DNA of 64,000 bases from an uncultured candidate division Zixibacteria bacterium (lineage in GTDB: Bacteria; Zixibacteria; MSB-5A5; RBG-16-43-9). Shown one piece after another: positions 57,554 through 64,000 of the stretch (its first letter is position 1; each line of letters opens with the position of its first letter). Both the position numbers and the translations under genes were made by a program. The stretch covers positions 1,088,001 to 1,152,000 of the forward strand of contig OY970208.1 in NCBI GenBank assembly GCA_963713865.1, given 5' to 3'. The notes beneath the pieces were generated by a model. The model had not been told where the DNA came from and did not search any database. It saw only the letters and a list, made by a program, of their open reading frames with translations.

Positions 57554-58384
57554 ATGGAAATGGAGTTATATTTAGTGGAATTCAAGGGTTCGAGAAAACA
57601 ATATTTTTTAAATCCAGAAAACTTTTCAGTAAAATTAGGGGATTATGTAATAGTTCAGGCAGAAAGAGGAGAGGATTTGGGGAAATTAGTCAAAAAGATA
57701 GAGATAGAAGATCCTTCGGGTATAATAGAAAAGCCTTTGAATCTTCTGAGACTCTCTACCCCGGAGGATTTACAGAGGATGAGGGAAAATCAGGAGAGAG
57801 GGGGAAAAGCCTTAGAGGAGTGTCAAAGGCTGATTGAGGAAAGGAATTTGGAAATGAAGCTGGTGGATACGGAATATCAATTCGACGGGAGCAAGCTCAC
57901 CTTTTTCTTCACCGCTGAGAAAAGGATAGATTTCAGGGAACTGGTAAAAGAGTTAGCCTCAATTTACCGTACCCGTATAGAACTCAGACAGATTGGGGTA
58001 AGGGATGAAGCTAAAAGATTAGGAGGTTATGGATGCTGCGGTCTGAAGCTCTGCTGTACCACCTTTATCCAGGAATTCTGTCCTATAACCACTCAAATCG
58101 CCAAGGAGCAGAACCTGTCTTTGAATCCAGCCAAGCTCTCCGGGAACTGCGGAAGACTTTTATGCTGTCTTTTATATGAAAAAGATTTTTATGAAAAGAG
58201 TATGGGGCTCTATCCTAAGGTCGGCTCAAAATTCCAAACCGACAAGGGAGAAGGGGTAGTGGAGAAGGTTAATCTGTTTAAAGAATATATTGTGGTGAAA
58301 CATGAGGATGGGGAGGAACAAAAGGTAGGTTTAGCTGAACTTAAAAAAAGGTTAAAGAAATCAAGAGGCGTTCAGCCCGTTTAA
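57554..58384 (+). CDS. ricT: PSP1-domain protein RicT/YaaT
   Basis: 'RIDFRELVKELA..RIELRQIGVRDEAK..G.CG..LCC', 'KLSGNCGRLLCCL'. Confidence 0.9.
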   Translation: MEMELYLVEFKGSRKQYFLNPENFSVKLGDYVIVQAERGEDLGKLVKKIEIEDPSGIIEKPLNLLRLSTPEDLQRMRENQERGGKALEECQRLIEERNLEMKLVDTEYQFDGSKLTFFFTAEKRIDFRELVKELASIYRTRIELRQIGVRDEAKRLGGYGCCGLKLCCTTFIQEFCPITTQIAKEQNLSLNPAKLSGNCGRLLCCLLYEKDFYEKSMGLYPKVGSKFQTDKGEGVVEKVNLFKEYIVVKHEDGEEQKVGLAELKKRLKKSRGVQPV

Positions 58385-58424
58385 AACGATTACGAATTCT
58401 TAAAGTTAGTAGAAGGAGGAAATC

Positions 58425-60378
58425 TTGACTGAGCTGAAGACTAATTCAAGCAAAAGAAGGTATTTCATAACAACCCCGATATATTATGTGAATGACAAGC
58501 CGCATATCGGGCATACCCGCCCTACAGTTGCCGCAGATATCCTCTCCCGCTTTCACCGGATTAAAGGGGATGAGGTATTTTTCTTAACCGGCACAGATGA
58601 GCATGGGAGTAAAGTGGCAGAGGAAGCAGAGAAATTGGGGATTTCTCCACAGGAGCTTTGCGATAGAAATAGCCAGCTTTATAAAGGTGCCTGGAAAAAG
58701 CTTAATATCTCTTATGATTATTTTGTGCGAACCACAGACCAGAGGCATATCCAGGCAGTGGAAAAGCTTTTGGAAAAGCTCAATCGGGCAATAGATGATA
58801 AAAGTCAGAAAATTGTTTATCCGGGAGAATATTCAGGATTATACTGTGTGGGATGCGAAAAATTCATCACTGAGAAAGATTTAGTAAATGGGCTATGCCC
58901 GAACCATCTTAAACCTCCGCAAAAAGTCTCAGAAAAGAACTATTTTTTCAGGCTATCCTCTTTTCTTCCTTTAGTGGAGAAACTCATCTCTGGGGATAAA
59001 ATCAAAATCCTACCTGAGGAGAAAAAAAACGAGACCCTGGGGCTTTTCAAACAGGAGCTGGAGGATTTCTCTATTTCCAGAGAGAAAGTTACCTGGGGTG
59101 TAGCTCTACCCTTTGATCCTTCTCAGAAGACTTATGTTCTGGGTGGATGCCCTTCCCAATTATATCTCGGCAATCGGATATGGGGATAATCCGGATGAAT
59201 TCAGAAAATGGTGGACGGACGGCTATGTGATTCATCTTTTAGGAAAAGATATTTTGAAATTCCACAATATATACTGGCCAGCGATGCTCCTCGCTCTCGG
59301 AGAAAAAACACCAGACATACTTTTCATCCACGGGTTTTTCACAGTTAATGGTCAAAAAATGGGAAAGTCTCTGGGCAACGTGATTGATCCTTATTATCTG
59401 GCAGAAAAATACGGCTCAGATGCTACCCGCTATCTGCTTTTGACCCATTTTCCATTCGGGCAGGATGGGGATATTCAGGAGAAAAGGTTAGAGGAGAAAT
59501 ACAATTCAGATTTAGCAAACGATTTCGGGAATTTAGCCAGCCGGGTCTTAAAACTTATAAAAGAAAATTTTCAAGGGGAGATTCCCCAGCCTTCGGATTA
59601 TCAGACAGAGGAGAGGGAGCTGCAGGATTTAGCAGAAAAGACAGTGGATGTGGTTTTTGATTCGATAGAAGAGTTGAATATCAACCAGGCGTTAGACGAG
59701 GTTTTAAAGTTAGTCCGATACACCAACCGCTATGTGGATAAAACCGCTCCCTGGAATTTGGCTAAACTTAAAGACAAATCACGTCTGGGAACGGTTCTAT
59801 ACGCTTCTGCCGAGACCTTGAGATTTATCAGCTTTCTTTTCTACCCGGCTCTGCCGGAGAAATGTCAGAAACTAAGAGAGATTCTGGGTCTGAGCAAAGA
59901 AGAAAGTATTCCTGATTTAAGAAAGGAAAAAAACTGGGGGTATCTAAAGCCGGGAACGAAAATAGGGGAGATCGTTCCTTTATTCCCGCGTCTGTCAGAA
60001 AAGACACAAATTGTAAAAGAAACAAAAGGAATTGGAGTGGAAGAAGAAAAAAAGAACGAGGTTAGTATTGAAGATTTCGCTAAATTAGATATCAGGGTGG
60101 CAAAGGTTTTAGAGGTGGAAAGAGTTGAAGGAGCAAAAAAGCTTTTAAAATTAAAAATAGAGTTCGGAGAGGAGAAAAGAGAGATAGTTGCCGGGATTGC
60201 TGAATATTATAAACCAGAAGAGTTAATTGGAAAAGAGATTATCCTGCTTGCCAATCTGAAACCAGCCAGGATAAGAGGGATAGAGTCAAAAGGGATGCTC
60301 CTTGCCGCTCAGGACGGGGAAGCTCTGACTATTCTTACTATAGATAAAAAAGTAAAGCCCGGAGCGAAGATTAGTTGA
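58425..60378 (+). CDS. metG: Methionine--tRNA ligase with C-terminal tRNA-binding domain, +1 frameshift at about 59137
   Basis: 'TTPIYYVN..HIGH', 'GTDEHG', 'KMGKSLGN', 'DFAKLDIRVA..ESKGMLLAA'. The halves join as KTYVWVDAL. Confidence 0.93.
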
Positions 60379-60388
60379 GAAAAATTAT

Positions 60389-61156
60389 ATGATTAAAACA
60401 CACAACTGGGCAGAACAAGAATTAATAGTTGTGTTTAATCTCTACTGCAAACTTCCATTTGGTCAATATCATAAAGGGAATAAAAAAGTAATTGAACTTG
60501 CACATATTCTTGGAAGAACTCCAAGTGCTGTAGCTTTAAAGTTATGCAATTTTGCTCGATTTGATCCTCTCCTCCAAAAACGAGGAATAAAAGGGATGCA
60601 ACATGGTAGTAAATTAGACGAAAAAATCTGGAAGGAATTTAATCACAACTGGGAAGAACTTGCCTATAGAAGTGAATTTGTTCTTGCTGACCTGAAAGGT
60701 GAAAAACCTTACGCTGAAATTGAATTTGAGCAAGAACAATACCCTATGGGAAAAGAAAGAGAAGCCCTTGTTAAGATAAGAGTAAATCAAAATTTCTTTC
60801 GTCAATTGATCTTGGCAAGTTATAGAAATAGATGTGCTGTATGTTTACTCCCTGAAGCAGACTTACTTGTAGCTAGTCATATTGTTCCATGGTCAGTTGA
60901 TGTGTCTCTACGCATGAATCCAAAAAATGGAATTTGCATGTGTGCTTTACATGATAAGGCTTTTGATAAAGGTTTGATTTCCGTTAATAATGATTATGAG
61001 CTAATAATTTCTGAGACTATTAAAATACTATTTAAGGAACCTTCAGTACAAAGAGGATTCATACCCTACGAAGGTGAAGAAATTGCACTGCCTGATAGAT
61101 TTATACCTGATAAAAAATATTTAGAATTTCATCGAAATAATATTTTTATTTCATAA
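60389..61156 (+). CDS. HNH endonuclease (putative restriction endonuclease, COG3440-like)
   Basis: 'RVNQNFFR..LASY..CAVC..LVASHIVPW..NGICMCALHDKAFDKG'. AT-rich relative to its neighbours. Confidence 0.88.
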   Translation: MIKTHNWAEQELIVVFNLYCKLPFGQYHKGNKKVIELAHILGRTPSAVALKLCNFARFDPLLQKRGIKGMQHGSKLDEKIWKEFNHNWEELAYRSEFVLADLKGEKPYAEIEFEQEQYPMGKEREALVKIRVNQNFFRQLILASYRNRCAVCLLPEADLLVASHIVPWSVDVSLRMNPKNGICMCALHDKAFDKGLISVNNDYELIISETIKILFKEPSVQRGFIPYEGEEIALPDRFIPDKKYLEFHRNNIFIS

Positions 61157-61177
61157 CAAAAAAGTGAATACTCCTCA

Positions 61178-61945
61178 ATGATCGATACGCATGCCCACTT
61201 AGATTTTCCGCAGTATGATAAGGACAGGGATAAAGTAATTGAAGAGGCTTTTTCTTCAGGACTAAAAGCGATTATCAATATCGGGGTGGATTTAGATTCA
61301 TCTGAAAAATCGATTAAATTAGCTGAGAAATATAATAATATTTATGCCACTGTCGGGTTTCATCCTCATGATGCTTCAAAGTTAAATAAAGATGCATTTA
61401 TTAAATTAGAAAAACTTGCCTCTTACCCAAAAGTAGTTGCAATCGGTGAAATCGGTCTGGACTTTTATAGAAATCTTTCTCCTGAAGAGGTACAGATAAA
61501 AGCTTTTAAAGAGCAGATTGGATTAGCTAAAAAATTAAAGCTTCCAATTGTCGTTCATATCAGAAACGCTTATAAAAAAGCGCTGGAAATTCTCTCAGAG
61601 AATGGCAGAGGATTAAAAGGGGTGCTTCATTGTTTTTCAGGGGATGAAAATGAGGCAAGGGAAGTTCTGGAAATGGGTTTTTATCTTTCTTTTAACGGAA
61701 CCTTAACCTATAAAAATTCCAGGTCAGCAGAGCTGGTAAAAAAAATCCCCTTGAGTTCGATTCTGGTTGAGACCGATTGTCCCTACCTTACACCTGAACC
61801 TCTGCGAGGCAAGCGAAATGAACCAAAATTAGTCAGGCTGGTTACCCAGAAAATAGCAGAGCTTTCAGCTTCGAATACTTTTAAAGAGTTAGATGAGATC
61901 TTCACTCAAAATGCAGTAGAATTTTTTAATCTCGATTTAAAATGA
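61178..61945 (+). CDS. tatD: TatD-family deoxyribonuclease
   Basis: 'IDTHAHL', 'GFHPH', 'IGEIGLDF', 'LHCFSG', 'ETDCPYL'. Confidence 0.93.
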   Translation: MIDTHAHLDFPQYDKDRDKVIEEAFSSGLKAIINIGVDLDSSEKSIKLAEKYNNIYATVGFHPHDASKLNKDAFIKLEKLASYPKVVAIGEIGLDFYRNLSPEEVQIKAFKEQIGLAKKLKLPIVVHIRNAYKKALEILSENGRGLKGVLHCFSGDENEAREVLEMGFYLSFNGTLTYKNSRSAELVKKIPLSSILVETDCPYLTPEPLRGKRNEPKLVRLVTQKIAELSASNTFKELDEIFTQNAVEFFNLDLK

Positions 61946-62775
61946 AATCTTTCTCTCCATCAGAAAAAAAAGACAAAAAGATTTACCCCAAAAAAAGATT
62001 CAGCCAGAATTTTTTAGTCAATCTGAAAGCGGCAAAAAGGATTGTCGATTATCTGGATTTAAGTTATAACGAGAAGGTCTTAGAAATAGGTCCGGGAAAA
62101 GGTGTTCTAACCCAGTTCCTTTTAGAGAAAGCAAAAAAAGTCTATGGGGTGGAGCTGGACAGGAATCTATGTTCTTACCTTCAGGAAAAATTCAAGGGAA
62201 ACGAAAACCTGGAGATTATAAATCAGGATATATTGAAATTCGATTTAAAAAAACTTACGGATAGAGAAGGGAGTTTAAAAGTAATCGGGAATATTCCTTA
62301 TAAGGTTACAACTCCAATTTTAGAATATCTCATTCAGAACCGGGAATATATCGACTTTGCTATATTGACTGTGCAGAAAGAGGTGGCTAAACGCATCTGT
62401 GCCAGGCCCGGTACTTCCGACTGGTCTCCGCTTTCCATCGGGATACAGCTTTTTTCAGACTCGGAGATTTTGTTTATCTTAAAACCGAACTCTTTTTTCC
62501 CACCTCCAAAAGTAGATTCTGCGGTGATAAAACTTAAGTTTTTTAAAGAACCCAGGATTGAGGTTGAGCTACCTTTTTTCTTTGATCTGGTAAAGTCCAT
62601 TTTCTCCCAGAGGAGGAAAAATCTTTTGAACAGTTTATGCAGAACTTTAAACTTGAATAAAGATAAACTTAAAGTTATTTTACAGGATGCGGGAATAGAT
62701 TTTAAAAGGAGGGGTGAGACTTTAAACCTGGAAGAGTTAGGGAAATTAGTCAAGTTAATTTCTGCAGGTAAATGA
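61942..62775 (+). CDS. rsmA: 16S rRNA (adenine1518/1519-N6)-dimethyltransferase
   Basis: 'QNFL', 'LEIGPGKG', 'ELD', 'GNIPY', 'QKEVA.R', 'FFPPPKVDS'. Confidence 0.95.
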   Translation: MKSFSPSEKKDKKIYPKKRFSQNFLVNLKAAKRIVDYLDLSYNEKVLEIGPGKGVLTQFLLEKAKKVYGVELDRNLCSYLQEKFKGNENLEIINQDILKFDLKKLTDREGSLKVIGNIPYKVTTPILEYLIQNREYIDFAILTVQKEVAKRICARPGTSDWSPLSIGIQLFSDSEILFILKPNSFFPPPKVDSAVIKLKFFKEPRIEVELPFFFDLVKSIFSQRRKNLLNSLCRTLNLNKDKLKVILQDAGIDFKRRGETLNLEELGKLVKLISAGK

Positions 62776-64000
62776 AGAAAGTATATTTATTATCTCTGGT
62801 CTTTACTCTTTTCCTGAACCAGCCTCTTTACGCCTCTAATCTGAAACTGGATTTCTCTCAGAATAACCAGACCTATAACTGGAACAACCGTTTGGAATAT
62901 TTTTATAATAAAGACCCGAAATTATCCTGGGAACTCATTTTTTCCCTGAATTCGCTTTTGATTAAAAAAGCTATCCAGGACCGCTGGCAGGAAGACGGCA
63001 ACCTGAAGCTGAAATTCGATTATCTGGTAAAAAAGGATTTCAAAACCGGGGTGCTTCTTAACCACAAATTGAGCTCCTTAGGTGATAGAAAAATTACCTC
63101 CCAGGATTATCTGGTTACCTCTGAGCTGAATTTCTGGCAAAGGTTCAAACTTTCTCAAAACCTGGGGATAAGCTCACTGGCCCGAAAGTCTGATAAAGAA
63201 AAAGGGGAGGAGAGTGGTTTGAATTACTCTTTTAACCTGGGATTTGGACCGGTGATCTGGAAGAGGGCAGAGCTTACTCTCGATTTAGGTCAGGATGTTA
63301 TAGATCTGGAAAAAATTCCCACCCAGGACAGGAACTTGAGATTCAACCTTCAGAGAAATTTGTCAGAAAAGGATAGTTTGAACCTTGAATATGAGGAGGG
63401 ATGGTCGAAAAAAAGCTTCTTCTCCGGAGGAGGGTCCCAGACCTACACCCAGAAAAGGAAAGAAAGGGTTTTAAGGCTGGGCACCACCAGAAAGATAATC
63501 CTTAACCTTTTGCTTAAATTCGAATATAACTTCCTGCGGAATAATTACCGTTATCAAGCAGAGGAGGATACGTTGGCTGACCCTCTTTCCTTAAGAGATA
63601 ACTCTCTTTCCTCACAGGATTATACCGTAAGCTTGAACAAAACTTTTTTTAACAGGGCTAATTTAGAAGGGTTTTATAAATACTTATCCGGGGAGGAAGA
63701 CTACGGGTTGAAAGAAAGGAATCAAGATATGAAGAGCGGGGAGTTAGGTGGGAGGCTCTCCACGAAATTCAGCAGTTCCGATTCTGTTTTCGTTACAGCC
63801 TCTATGGGGGTAACTTCGTTTTATACCTCGCCGGGCTCTTTTTTCAACGACCGGGACATACTGACCAAAATACTTCACCTGGAATACCTGCATATTTTCA
63901 GCCAGTCTTTCAATTTGAAAATCAAGACCGGGTTCAAGAATTTTCACCAGGTCTATGTTTCCAGCCAGAAGTCAGCCAATAACAATTATAACGAGACCTA
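62772..64000 (+). CDS. Hypothetical exported protein, probable outer-membrane beta-barrel (3'-truncated by the window)
   Basis: ATG overlaps the rsmA stop (ATGA). Signal peptide MKKVYLLSLVFTLFLNQPLYA, then a frame I read as open to the window end with amphipathic beta-strands. Confidence 0.7.
   Translation, partial: MKKVYLLSLVFTLFLNQPLYASNLKLDFSQNNQTYNWNNRLEYFYNKDPKLSWELIFSLNSLLIKKAIQDRWQEDGNLKLKFDYLVKKDFKTGVLLNHKLSSLGDRKITSQDYLVTSELNFWQRFKLSQNLGISSLARKSDKEKGEESGLNYSFNLGFGPVIWKRAELTLDLGQDVIDLEKIPTQDRNLRFNLQRNLSEKDSLNLEYEEGWSKKSFFSGGGSQTYTQKRKERVLRLGTTRKIILNLLLKFEYNFLRNNYRYQAEEDTLADPLSLRDNSLSSQDYTVSLNKTFFNRANLEGFYKYLSGEEDYGLKERNQDMKSGELGGRLSTKFSSSDSVFVTASMGVTSFYTSPGSFFNDRDILTKILHLEYLHIFSQSFNLKIKTGFKNFHQVYVSSQKSANNNYNET

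Noticed and set aside
40332-60378. gcvT, the aminotransferase and metG as true pseudogenes or programmed ribosomal frameshifts
   Set aside because: Both halves of each gene are otherwise intact, metG is essential, and the shared motif occurs in both orientations. A DNA-level or sequencing cause fits better.
1170-63947. Numerous 60-160 aa antisense or overlapping ORFs in the track
   Set aside because: They lie within well-supported genes on the other strand or frame and have no motifs, so I treat them as shadow ORFs.

Overview
Bacterial chromosomal window of moderate-to-low GC. It most likely comes from candidate phylum Zixibacteria or a related FCB-group lineage; this is inferred from dockerins ending 'INYLFKGGPAP' and from FlgD/T9SS-like C-terminal domains. 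Bases 1-12.7 kb are an accessory surface-protein region: two cohesin proteins, a PEP-CTERM protein with a sigma-54 promoter, a dockerin-bearing M1 aminopeptidase, a tRNA-Leu 3' fragment that looks like an att scar, and two tandem SBBP beta-propeller-dockerin paralogs. Bases 12.8-25.5 kb hold a membrane-TPR protein, two TPR proteins, a diguanylate cyclase and an exopolysaccharide locus (wza, wzc-like, tyrosine kinase, deacetylase, UbiA-type phosphoribosyltransferase, DUF362). Bases 25.5-40 kb hold a DUF559 nuclease, a rhomboid, a response regulator, ccdA, a DUF6599/DUF362/DUF362/polyferredoxin cluster, a DUF5916 protein, a GGDEF protein, xerD and a SpoIIE phosphatase. Bases 40-64 kb are mostly housekeeping (gcvT, comB, folBK, panBCD, rsfS, rho, pdxA, ftsEX-envC, holB, ricT, metG, tatD, rsmA) with an inserted HNH nuclease. 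Four genes carry a +1 frameshift, and all four fall at the same motif (CCAGAAC/GTTCTGG, corrected to CCAGAC), which suggests a DNA-modification footprint in the sequencing. Many REP-like palindromes and heptamer repeats are present, some in-frame inside genes. No rRNA, intact tRNA, CRISPR array or transposase was seen.
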